This document shows, one piece after another, positions 27,127 through 35,671 of a stretch of DNA of 47,069 bases. Made by a program: the position numbers and the translations under genes. Positions within the stretch are counted from its first letter, which is position 1. Each line of letters opens with the position of its first letter. Source of the DNA: Candidatus Omnitrophota bacterium (lineage in GTDB: Bacteria; Ratteibacteria; UBA8468; MWAK01); contig JAZDPL010000047.1 in assembly GCA_043797665.1 (NCBI GenBank), forward strand, positions 1-47,069, given 5' to 3'. The notes under the pieces are model-generated. The model was not told where the DNA came from. It made no database searches and was given only the letters and a program-made list of their open reading frames with translations.

Positions 27127-28047
27127 ATGGAGAAAGATATGCGGATTGGGATTGTCGGTTTTGACACCTCGCACGTACCGGCCTTTACCAGATTGCTGGG
27201 AGATTCTAATGCCCCGTTCTTTGTCCCGGGCGGAAAAGTAGTCGCGGGTTTTCCTTCTTTCAGCCCGGATTTAGAAGCCAGTGCTTCCCGGGTGGAGGGA
27301 TTTAAGAAAGAGATGACGGAAAATCTGGGCGTTAAACTGGTGAATTCGGTGGAAGAGTTAATCGCAGAGGTGGACGCCGTCCTCTTGGAAAGTGTAGATG
27401 GCCGCCGGCATCTCAAAGAAGCCGGGCCGGTGATTAAGGCGCACAAACCTCTTTTTATTGACAAGCCTCTATCTGCCAACTATCCGGAGGCCGCTGAGAT
27501 TGTGCGCCTGGCTAAAGAGAACTCCTGCCCTCTCTTTTCTTCTTCTTCCTTGCGTTTTGATGCCAATATAGCCAAGGTTAAGAAAGACCCGGAATTAGGT
27601 GAAGTTTTTGCCTGCGATGCCTTCAGCCCGGCCACTCTGGACCCTACCAATCCGGGTCTTTTCTGGTATGGAATTCACGGGGTAGAGATACTTTATACCT
27701 TTATGGGACCCGGCTGCCAGAGGATAACCTCTTACCAGACGGAGAATTATCATCTTGTCGTAGGACACTGGTCCAGGGGACGGATCGCCACCGTACGGGG
27801 CGGTCGTTGTGGGGCCCATGATTATGGTGCCACGGTCTTTGGAGCCAAAAAAGTGAGCCAGGCGCTCTATTCCCGGGAGATTCCACTTTATAGCCAGTTA
27901 TTGCGGGAAATCATTCCTTTTTTTAAAGGAGGACCGGCACCGGTTGCCCCTGAGGAGACCCTGGAGATTATGGCGTTTATGGAAGCGGCTCTGCTCAGCG
28001 AAAAGGAGCATCGGGAGGTTGCATTGAGCGAAGTAACGAGAAAGTAG
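27127..28047 (+). CDS. Gfo/Idh/MocA family oxidoreductase
   Basis: GIVGFDTSH, SVDGRRH, FIDKPL, SSSLRF, WYGIHGVE; ATG 27127 has AAGGAG upstream. Confidence 0.88.
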   Translation: MEKDMRIGIVGFDTSHVPAFTRLLGDSNAPFFVPGGKVVAGFPSFSPDLEASASRVEGFKKEMTENLGVKLVNSVEELIAEVDAVLLESVDGRRHLKEAGPVIKAHKPLFIDKPLSANYPEAAEIVRLAKENSCPLFSSSSLRFDANIAKVKKDPELGEVFACDAFSPATLDPTNPGLFWYGIHGVEILYTFMGPGCQRITSYQTENYHLVVGHWSRGRIATVRGGRCGAHDYGATVFGAKKVSQALYSREIPLYSQLLREIIPFFKGGPAPVAPEETLEIMAFMEAALLSEKEHREVALSEVTRK

Positions 28048-28137
28048 CGGTGCGATTTATCGCACAAATACGTGGTTTGTCAAAACTGTAGGGGCTTGAT
28101 TCATCAAGCCCGCGGGTCGGATAAATCCGACCCCTAC
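28044..28137. repeat. GTAG single REP (28044-28065, contains the stop codon) and GTAG doublet (28088-28137)
   Basis: GTAGCGGTGCGATTTATCGCAC; doublet nearly identical to 3-52. Confidence 0.9.
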
Positions 28138-28152
28138 TTTTGAGGGGGGAAT

Positions 28153-29055
28153 ATGGCACGAAAAATCAGGGTAGCGTCGGTATCTATGGCTTACGAATTT
28201 CGTAAAGTCCGGAAGAGGGAGGACAACCTCAATTATATCGCGGAAACAGTGGCGGAGATTGCCTCAATTAAGCCAGACCTTATCTGTCTGCCGGAAGCCT
28301 TCCCGATAGCGGGTCTGGATAAGGCGGAGAAGGTTTCGGAAAAAGACACGGAGTTACTGTGTAACCTGGCGAAGAAGTATTGTACCTATCTGGTAGGTTC
28401 CATCTATGAAATACGCGGAGGTGAAATTTACAATACCGCGCTGGTGGTGAACAGAAAGGGTGAAATCGTCGGCCGCTATGACAAAATCCATCCCACGGAA
28501 GGTGCGGTGGGTGAGTTGGGAAAAGGTATACTGCCGGGTAAGAAAGAGCAATTGCCGGTGAAGACCGATTTCGGTAAGGTTGGGATTCAGATATGTTTTG
28601 ACGCCAACTGGCCCCAGGAGTGGCAAGGTTTAGTGGAGAAGGGGGCCGACTTGATAGTTTTCTCTTCGGCTTTTCCGGCCGGGACAATTCTTAATTCCAT
28701 TGCGGTATTAAGCAAGGTCTATATTGTGCCGGCCATCTGGTCGCTCCATTCCGGCATTATTGACAATACCGGCCGGTGGGTGGTTCAGACGGACAGGTTT
28801 TCCTTCTGGGTCTGGGCAGCGATTGACCTGGAGAGAACGGTCTTCCACTGGGATTACCAGGAAGACAGGGTTAAAGAGATGCGCCGGAAGTATGGAGACA
28901 AACTGAAGATTGAAACCTTTGGACCGGAAGCCTGGTTTGTTTTGGAACCGACGGTTCCGGAGGTCTCCATTCCTGACATCGTCAGGGAGTTTAAACTGAT
29001 AACCTACCGCGACTACATCAAAAGAGCCACCGAAGCCCAGGACCGAAAACGGTGA
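28153..29055 (+). CDS. Carbon-nitrogen hydrolase (nitrilase superfamily)
   Basis: LPE, YNTA, YDKIH, QICFD catalytic Glu-Lys-Cys. Confidence 0.92.
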   Translation: MARKIRVASVSMAYEFRKVRKREDNLNYIAETVAEIASIKPDLICLPEAFPIAGLDKAEKVSEKDTELLCNLAKKYCTYLVGSIYEIRGGEIYNTALVVNRKGEIVGRYDKIHPTEGAVGELGKGILPGKKEQLPVKTDFGKVGIQICFDANWPQEWQGLVEKGADLIVFSSAFPAGTILNSIAVLSKVYIVPAIWSLHSGIIDNTGRWVVQTDRFSFWVWAAIDLERTVFHWDYQEDRVKEMRRKYGDKLKIETFGPEAWFVLEPTVPEVSIPDIVREFKLITYRDYIKRATEAQDRKR

Positions 29056-29369
29056 ATCCTAAAATTCCAACAATATGGAACGGATTACCCAAGAAAAATT
29101 AGCGCAGATTAAAAGATTTAACTATGTCCCAAACACCCAGGCAAAAGCCCTCCGCGGTGGAAAGACAAATTCAGGGAGACCGGAAACCGGAGTTGTACAA
29201 CCGAAAAACTGACCGTGCCGAACATAACAATGTTCTGAATTCCAACAAAGAGACGGCAGACGCGCTGGAATTATGTCTGCGTCGCTTCGCACAACATATG
29301 GATACGTTTAATGACTGAGTAACGAGGGTTAAAATTTAGGTAGTGTAAGAATATTGGTAAAGATAAGAC

Positions 29370-30932
29370 CTAAAGGGGTTCAGTGTGGTCTTTGAAAAGT
29401 TTGTAGTCGATACTGTCGACAAGGGCCTGAAGGCTGGCTTCAATGATGTTTTCCGAGAGCCCCACCGTATCCCAGGTTCCGTTGTGGTCGGTAGATTCAA
29501 TTAAGACCCTTACCCGGGCCGCAGTTGCGGCTTCCGGGTTGAGAACCCGGACCTTGTAGTCGGTAAGCCTCATTTCAACCAATGAAGGGTAGAAACGGAG
29601 AAGGGCTTTACGCAGTGCGGCGTCTAAGGCATTAACCGGGCCATCACCTTCGGCAATGGTGTGTTCTACCTTTTTGCCTACCTTAACCTTTACCGCGGAT
29701 TCGGAGACAATAAGGCCGTTCTTTCGCTCTACGATTACCCGGAATTCGCTTACCTGGAAGAAAGAAGGTCTTTTATCCAGGGCTTGGGCGGCTAAGAGTT
29801 GAAAAGAAGCCTCAGCACCTTCAAACTGATAACCTTCTTTTTCCAGACGGGTTAATTCAGATAGAATCTTTTTTGTTTCCGGACCTTTCTTTTTGATTCC
29901 GTACCTCTCCGCTTTAAAGAGGATGGTAGCACCCCCGGATAGTTCGGAAACCAGAATCCGGCGTTCGTTTCCCACTGACCTGGGGTCAACGTGTTCGTAA
30001 CTTTTCGGTTCTTTAAGGACTGCGTCGACGTGAATACCGCCCTTATGAGCAAAGGCTGAGGTACCGACAAACGGTTGATTGTTGGCGGGAATGAGGTTGG
30101 CTACCTCAGAGATATACCGGGAAAGACCGGTGATATGTTTCAGTCTTTCCGGCGCCAAACACGGGTATCCCATCTTCAACTGAAGGATAGGAATGGCAAC
30201 CAGAAGGTCGGCGTTACCGCACCGTTCACCCAGACCGTTGACGGTACCCTGAATTTGTATCGCACCGCCGGCTACCGCGGTTATGGTATTGGCAACCGCT
30301 AAACCACTGTCATTGTGGGTATGGATACCCAAGGGTGTTTTAATCGTATTTTTAACCTTGCGGAGCGCTTCTTTAATCTGGTCGGGAAGAGAACCGCCGT
30401 TGGTATCCGCCAGAATGATTCTTTCCGCACCGGCTTCAGCCGCGGTTTTGACACCCTTGAGAGCGTATTCCGGATTTGTCCGGTATCCGTCAAAGAAATG
30501 TTCGGCATCGAAGAAGACCCGGCGGCCCTTTTCTCTGAGGTATCTGATGGAATTGAAAATAAGGTCTAAATTTTCCTCGGGAGAGATGCGTAGTACTTTG
30601 GTTACGTGCAGGTCCCAGGATTTACCGAACAAGGTAATTATCTCTACTTCTGTCTCCAGAAGTTTCCGGAGGTTGATATCTTTTGGAGGCGGAGTTTTTG
30701 CCCGGCAGGTACTGCCAAAGGCGGTAATCCTGGTATGATTAAATTTCATCCGGCGGACTTGTTTGAAAAACTCTTCGTCTTTTTGATTACTGCCGGGCCA
30801 GCCGCCTTCCAGGTAGTCAAAACCGAACTCATCCAATTTTCTGGCTATCCGGAGTTTGTCTTCCAGGGAGAAGGAAACCTGTTCTCCCTGGCTGCCGTCC
30901 CGCAGCGTGGTATCGTAGACCTCTATCTTCAT
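29370..30932 (-). CDS. cimA: Citramalate synthase
   Basis: DTTLRDGSQGE, GGWPGSN, GKSWDLHV, FDAEHFFDG, HTHND, AHKGGIH, regulatory domain GPVNALD. Confidence 0.93.
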   Translation of the reverse strand: MKIEVYDTTLRDGSQGEQVSFSLEDKLRIARKLDEFGFDYLEGGWPGSNQKDEEFFKQVRRMKFNHTRITAFGSTCRAKTPPPKDINLRKLLETEVEIITLFGKSWDLHVTKVLRISPEENLDLIFNSIRYLREKGRRVFFDAEHFFDGYRTNPEYALKGVKTAAEAGAERIILADTNGGSLPDQIKEALRKVKNTIKTPLGIHTHNDSGLAVANTITAVAGGAIQIQGTVNGLGERCGNADLLVAIPILQLKMGYPCLAPERLKHITGLSRYISEVANLIPANNQPFVGTSAFAHKGGIHVDAVLKEPKSYEHVDPRSVGNERRILVSELSGGATILFKAERYGIKKKGPETKKILSELTRLEKEGYQFEGAEASFQLLAAQALDKRPSFFQVSEFRVIVERKNGLIVSESAVKVKVGKKVEHTIAEGDGPVNALDAALRKALLRFYPSLVEMRLTDYKVRVLNPEAATAARVRVLIESTDHNGTWDTVGLSENIIEASLQALVDSIDYKLFKDHTEPL

Positions 30933-30941
30933 AATTTTTAA

Positions 30942-30970
30942 ATTATACTCTCCGTTGATTTATTTGTAAA
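30942..30970 (-). promoter_or_regulatory. Putative sigma70 promoter for cimA
   Basis: Minus strand TTTACA-N17-TATAAT, 9 nt before ATG. Confidence 0.75.
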
Positions 30971-30987
30971 GCGAAACGCAGGTTTTA

Positions 30988-31016
30988 TTGCCTTTAGGCT
31001 CAGGTTAGGGTATAAT
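30988..31016 (+). promoter_or_regulatory. Putative sigma70 promoter for galK
   Basis: TTGCCT-N17-TATAAT. Confidence 0.7.
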
Positions 31017-31031
31017 ATCTGAATTTAGTAT

Positions 31032-32207
31032 ATGGTAGTGGCAGAAGCACCGGGTCGGGTGGAGGTTTTGGGAAACCATACCGACTATAATGAAGGTCTT
31101 GTCCTTCTTTCTACGGTAGGATTAAAGACTGCGGTTTCCGGACAAAAGGAAGACGGGAATAAGGTTTACCTCCTTTCCCGTAACCTGGATGCGACCGCAG
31201 AATTTGAAATAGACCATCTTCAGAAGGACCCTGCTTCTCCCTGGGCTGATTACCCGAAAGGGGTAATCCAGCAATTACAAAAGAAGGGGTATAAACTTAC
31301 CGGATTCCGGGCGGAAATATTCAGTACCATCCCTTTTGGAGTGGGCTTAAGCAGTTCGGCTGCTTTAGAGTTATCGGTGGCTCTTTTTTTGGAAGCACTT
31401 TTTGGATTTGAGATTTCCCGGCGTACCCTGGTTGAGTTGTGTCAGCGAGCGGAAAACGAATTCGTTGGCGTCGCCTGCGGGATATTGGACCAGTTTTCCA
31501 GTGCTTTTGGCCGCAAACAATCCCTGGTCTTCCTTGACTGTCGGGACCTCTCTTTTGAAACAATACCTCTTCCGGAAACCGTTTCACTGGTAATCTGTGA
31601 TTCCGGAACCCGACGTAATCTGGTTTCCTCTGATTATAACCGGCGCCGGACCGAATGCCAGTCTGCCCGGGACTTCTTTGCCGGTAAAAAGTCCGGAATT
31701 AAGGCTTTGCGGGATGTAACTACGGATGATTTTCAACGTTATGGTTCCGGAATTGAAGAACCAGCGCTCCGAAAACGAGCGGAGCACGTTATCTTTGAAA
31801 ATGAAAGGGTGGAAGCCGGCCGGGAGGCGTTACGTGAGGGTAGACTTGAGGAGTTGGGAAGTTTGATGTTTATGTCTCATCAGAGTTCCCGGACTCTTTT
31901 CGAAAACAGCCTGCCGGAGATTGATTTTCTGGTAGAGAAGGCATATTCCCTGTCCGGTATTATCGGTGCCAAACTCTCCGGTGCCGGTTGGGGCGGTGCC
32001 ACGGTCAATCTGGTATACGCAGATAAAGCCGAAGCGTTTTCCGGAGCATTAAAGGAGGCTTACCGGGAAAAGTTCAGTCACCAGGCCAAAACCTATATCT
32101 GTTCTATTCCTGACGGCGCCAGGATAATAAATGACACACAGTGCCCTTTCCAATCCTATGGAAAGGGAACCCGTATTCTGAGCGATAGCGAAGAATCTAA
32201 TGAATAA
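31032..32207 (+). CDS. galK: Galactokinase
   Basis: APGRVEVLGNHTDYN, GLSSSAA, CGILDQ, GAKLSGAGWGG. Confidence 0.93.
   Translation: MVVAEAPGRVEVLGNHTDYNEGLVLLSTVGLKTAVSGQKEDGNKVYLLSRNLDATAEFEIDHLQKDPASPWADYPKGVIQQLQKKGYKLTGFRAEIFSTIPFGVGLSSSAALELSVALFLEALFGFEISRRTLVELCQRAENEFVGVACGILDQFSSAFGRKQSLVFLDCRDLSFETIPLPETVSLVICDSGTRRNLVSSDYNRRRTECQSARDFFAGKKSGIKALRDVTTDDFQRYGSGIEEPALRKRAEHVIFENERVEAGREALREGRLEELGSLMFMSHQSSRTLFENSLPEIDFLVEKAYSLSGIIGAKLSGAGWGGATVNLVYADKAEAFSGALKEAYREKFSHQAKTYICSIPDGARIINDTQCPFQSYGKGTRILSDSEESNE
32142..32198. repeat. Half GTCATTCTGA REP with 30-bp type A element (32144-32173), translated as the galK tail
   Basis: TG[CCCTTTCCAATCCTATGGAAAGGGAACCCG]TATTCTGAGCGATAGCGAAGAATCT. 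Confidence 0.85.
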
Positions 32208-33327
32208 ACCGATAGTCTATCATATTTCACCCCGGTATACGCGTTACCGGTACGAAGACGGTCTTTTAGGAAAGTTTGAAAAAATACTTAAAGAGATAGA
32301 CCTGGGTCGATATATTAAAAAGGATGAGGTTGTGCCCATAAAAGTTCATCTGGGTAACCGGGGTGCTTTCCGAACCATCCGGCCCCAGTTTATAAGGTCG
32401 GTTGTAGAAGCGGTTAAAAGAGTTCCCGGCCGTCCTTTTGTGACCGATTCCGCCCGTCCGGCTCCGATAGACTATCTGGAAATTGCCAATGAATCAGGTT
32501 ATAATCACCTTACATTAGGGGCACCGGTAATAATCGCGGACGGAATTTATGGCCGGGACGCGGTTAAGGTTAAAGCCGGCCGCCTTCTGAAGGAGGTCTG
32601 CGTTCCTTCCGCAATCTTTGATGCCAACTCGATGATAGTACTTACTCATGTAAAAGGACATATCCAGGCGGTTTTAGGCGGAGCGATTAAGAACGTGGCG
32701 ATGGGCGGTATCGCCTCAACTCCCCGGGGAAGCGGATGGCACCAGGGCCGGGGGAAGATACACTTTCTGGCGGGTGAGATTATGTCCTGGGATAAAACCA
32801 GGTGCGTCCGATGTTATGATTGTGTAAAAATCTGTCCGGTTGAGGCGATTAGTTTCCCGGATAAGAAGACTTACACCGTTGACGCGGAAGAATGCTGGCG
32901 TTGCGGCCGGTGTTCCCGGATCTGTCCGACCGGGGCCATAACCGTACCGGGTAGCCACATTCGGTTTCTGGAGGCTTTGGCGGAAGGAGCGGCTGCGGTT
33001 CTCTCGACCTTCAAAAAGAAGAAAGTTTTCTACGTCAATTTCCTTTTAGAGATGCAGCCGGAGTGCGATTGTATGCCGGTGGCTGACCCTCCGGTGGCTC
33101 AGGACCAGGGGATTTTGCTTTCCGAAGACATCGTGGCGATTGATACCGCCACTTTGGATATTCTTTCCCGGGTAAAACCTTTGCCTGATTCCCGGGCCGA
33201 AGGTCTGAAGATGGAAAAGGGGAAGGATATCTTTTCGCTTCTTCATAAAAAAGATGCCAGGCTCCAGGTTAAGTTTGCGGAGAAATCCGGGTTAGGTTCT
33301 TCCGGATATCGCTTGATAAAAATTTAA
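32200..33327 (+). CDS. DUF362 family protein with 2x[4Fe-4S] ferredoxin domain
   Basis: IKVHLG, THVKGH..GGAIKNVAMG, two CxxCxxCxxxCP, CDC, DIVAID. Confidence 0.9.
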   Translation: MNKPIVYHISPRYTRYRYEDGLLGKFEKILKEIDLGRYIKKDEVVPIKVHLGNRGAFRTIRPQFIRSVVEAVKRVPGRPFVTDSARPAPIDYLEIANESGYNHLTLGAPVIIADGIYGRDAVKVKAGRLLKEVCVPSAIFDANSMIVLTHVKGHIQAVLGGAIKNVAMGGIASTPRGSGWHQGRGKIHFLAGEIMSWDKTRCVRCYDCVKICPVEAISFPDKKTYTVDAEECWRCGRCSRICPTGAITVPGSHIRFLEALAEGAAAVLSTFKKKKVFYVNFLLEMQPECDCMPVADPPVAQDQGILLSEDIVAIDTATLDILSRVKPLPDSRAEGLKMEKGKDIFSLLHKKDARLQVKFAEKSGLGSSGYRLIKI

Positions 33328-33337
33328 CACAAACTTT

Positions 33338-33412
33338 GTCATTCCCGCATGTTTTAAGCGGGAATCCATTGATTACAAGTATAGATTCCGGCTTACTATC
33401 CGCCGGAATGAC
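33338..33412. repeat. GTCATTCC-type REP doublet
   Basis: GTCATTCCCGC...GCGGGAATCCA / TAGATTCCGGC...GCCGGAATGAC. Confidence 0.9.
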
Positions 33413-33445
33413 AGATTATTTAAGACACTTGAATTTGGAGGAGGG

Positions 33446-34381
33446 ATGGCTTTTTATTTAGTAACTGGCGGCGCGGGTTTTATCGGAAGTCATATCGTCA
33501 GCCGGCTTTTGGAAGAAGGGCATCGCGTCCGGGTTCTGGATGATTTCAGCAGCGGGACTCGGGAAAATTTATCCGGTCTGAAATCTCCGGAATTGGAAAT
33601 AATGGAAGGGAGTATCTGCGACCGGAACGTTTGTAGTCGGGCTTGTTCCGGGATTGATTACATAATTCATGAAGCAGCCCTGCGCTCGGTTCCCAAGTCG
33701 TTGTCCGACCCATACAGCTATAACCGGGTAAACATTGACGGTACCCTGAATATTCTTAATTCTGCGAAGGAATCCGGCGTGAAGCAGGTAGCCTGTGCTT
33801 CTTCCAGTTCCATCTATGGAGAGACAGACCTTTTCCCCCAGAAGGAAGAACATTTACCGGCCCTGATTTCACCCTATGCTCTTTCAAAATTAGCGGGAGA
33901 ATATTACGGCCGTATCTTTACCAAAAACTTTGGCTTACCGGCTGCATTCCTGCGTTATTTCAACGTCTTCGGCGAGAGGCAGAGTCTGGAAGATGAGTAC
34001 GCGGTAGTCATCCCTAAATTTATTACCTGCATGTTGAAAAATCAACAACCGCCCATTCACGGAGATGGCAGACAGTCACGGGATTTTACTTATGTGGCTA
34101 ATGTGGTGGAAGCCACTCTTCTGGCGGTTCGTACCAAAGAGGCGGCCGGACTTGTTTTTAACGTCGGTTGCGGAAAAGATTATTCCATACTGGACCTGGT
34201 AGTAGTCCTGAACAAGATTCTGGGCACGAAATTGGAACCGGTCTTCACGCCTACGCGGCCGGGTGACGTACCGAGGACCCTGGCAGACATTAGCCGGGCA
34301 AAGAAGATTTTAGGGTATCAGCCAAAGACAGGATTTGAGGAAGGCTTAAGACGAGCGGTCAGTTATTTTAGGGATAAGTGA
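33446..34381 (+). CDS. NAD-dependent nucleotide-sugar epimerase/dehydratase (WbpP-like)
   Basis: TGGAGFIGS, ASSSSIYG, YALSK, RYFNVFG, GDGRQSRDF. Confidence 0.93.
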   Translation: MAFYLVTGGAGFIGSHIVSRLLEEGHRVRVLDDFSSGTRENLSGLKSPELEIMEGSICDRNVCSRACSGIDYIIHEAALRSVPKSLSDPYSYNRVNIDGTLNILNSAKESGVKQVACASSSSIYGETDLFPQKEEHLPALISPYALSKLAGEYYGRIFTKNFGLPAAFLRYFNVFGERQSLEDEYAVVIPKFITCMLKNQQPPIHGDGRQSRDFTYVANVVEATLLAVRTKEAAGLVFNVGCGKDYSILDLVVVLNKILGTKLEPVFTPTRPGDVPRTLADISRAKKILGYQPKTGFEEGLRRAVSYFRDK

Positions 34382-34382
34382 C

Positions 34383-34467
34383 GTAGGGCAAGGCTTTAGC
34401 CTTGCTTCCTATGTCATTCTGAGCGGAGCGAAGAATCCCATAGATCCTTCGTTACACTCAGGATGAC
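34383..34467. repeat. GTAG single REP (34383-34405) plus GTCATTCTGA REP doublet (34413-34467)
   Basis: GTAGGGCAAGGCTTTAGCCTTGC; GTCATTCTGAGCGGAGCGAAGAATC...GATCCTTCGTTACACTCAGGATGAC. Confidence 0.88.
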
Positions 34468-34485
34468 ACGACCAGAAGGAGGAGT

Positions 34486-35667
34486 ATGGGAATGTGGATT
34501 GGTCGGGGACGTAAAGCCCGACGTTGTTACGGATTCGATGAAGTGGCGCTGGTACCAGGCAGCCGAACCATAGACCCGATGGAAGCGGATACTTCCTGGA
34601 TATTGGGTGATAAAAAGTTCAGTATTCCTATTATCGCTGCGGCGATGGATGGTGTGGTTGACGTCCGGCTGGCCATCGAAATGAGCCGTCTGGGTGGAGT
34701 TGGGGTTCTAAATTTAGAAGGGGTTCAGACCCGTTATGAAGAACCGGCTGAGATTATCGGACAAATTATTAAGGCTCCGATTAAGGAAGCGACCAGTCTT
34801 ATCCAGTCATTCTATCGGGAACCGGTGAAAGAAGAACTGGTTTCCAGAAGAATTACCGAGATTAAAAAATCCGGTGCAATCTGTGCGGTTTCTTCAATTC
34901 CCCAAAAAGCAGAGCGTCTTGGCCCGATTGCCGTGGAAGCCGGTGCGGACTTTTTTGTAGTTCAATCTACCGTAGCCAGCGTTGCCCACATTTCATCCCG
35001 GTATAAGCCGTTAAATTTAACCGATTACTGCGGCCGGATGAAAATTCCGGTGATTTTTGGCAATTGCGTTACTTACGAAGTCGCTCTGCAACTGATGGGG
35101 ACCGGAACCAGTGCCATTCTGGTTGGAATCGGACCGGGTGCTGCCTGTACCACCAGAGAGGTACTGGGGATTGGAGTACCTCAGATTACCGCTACCTGTG
35201 ATTGTGCGGCGGCCCGGGACTTCTTTTATAAGACGGAGGGCCGGTACGTTCCGATAATTACCGACGGCGGAATGACCGGCAGCGGCGACATCTGTAAAGC
35301 GATTGCGGCCGGGGCTGATGCGGTGATGGTCGGTTCAATTCTGGCTCGGGCCCAGGAGGCTCCGGCTCAGGGGTTCCACTGGGGAATGGCTACTTCCGAC
35401 GAGAATTTGCCCCGGGGAACCCGTGTCAGCGTTGGCGTTACCGGGACACTGAAAGAGATTCTTTCCGGTCCGGCCCGGGTGGACGATGGAAGTCAGAATC
35501 TGGTCGGTGCTCTGCGGACCGCCATGGGAAGTTTAGGCTGTCGTTCGCTGAAAGAGATGCAGTTGGTGGAAATAGCGATTGCTCCGGCCATCAAGACCGA
35601 AGGCAAGATTTTTCAGAGCGCCCGGAAAGCCGCCAAACTTCTGCCGGATGCCAGCATTTCCGAATAA
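34486..35667 (+). CDS. GuaB3-family IMP dehydrogenase-related protein
   Basis: ARRCYGFDEVALVP, AAMDGVV, GIGPGAACTTREVLGIGVPQ, HWGMAT, LPRGTR. Confidence 0.93.
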   Translation: MGMWIGRGRKARRCYGFDEVALVPGSRTIDPMEADTSWILGDKKFSIPIIAAAMDGVVDVRLAIEMSRLGGVGVLNLEGVQTRYEEPAEIIGQIIKAPIKEATSLIQSFYREPVKEELVSRRITEIKKSGAICAVSSIPQKAERLGPIAVEAGADFFVVQSTVASVAHISSRYKPLNLTDYCGRMKIPVIFGNCVTYEVALQLMGTGTSAILVGIGPGAACTTREVLGIGVPQITATCDCAAARDFFYKTEGRYVPIITDGGMTGSGDICKAIAAGADAVMVGSILARAQEAPAQGFHWGMATSDENLPRGTRVSVGVTGTLKEILSGPARVDDGSQNLVGALRTAMGSLGCRSLKEMQLVEIAIAPAIKTEGKIFQSARKAAKLLPDASISE

Positions 35668-35671
35668 CAAA

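Noticed and set aside
35405..35425. GGGGAACCCGT in guaB3 resembling the element tail
   Set aside because: Encodes the conserved LPRGTR motif and lacks the CCCT-N16-AGGG hairpin.
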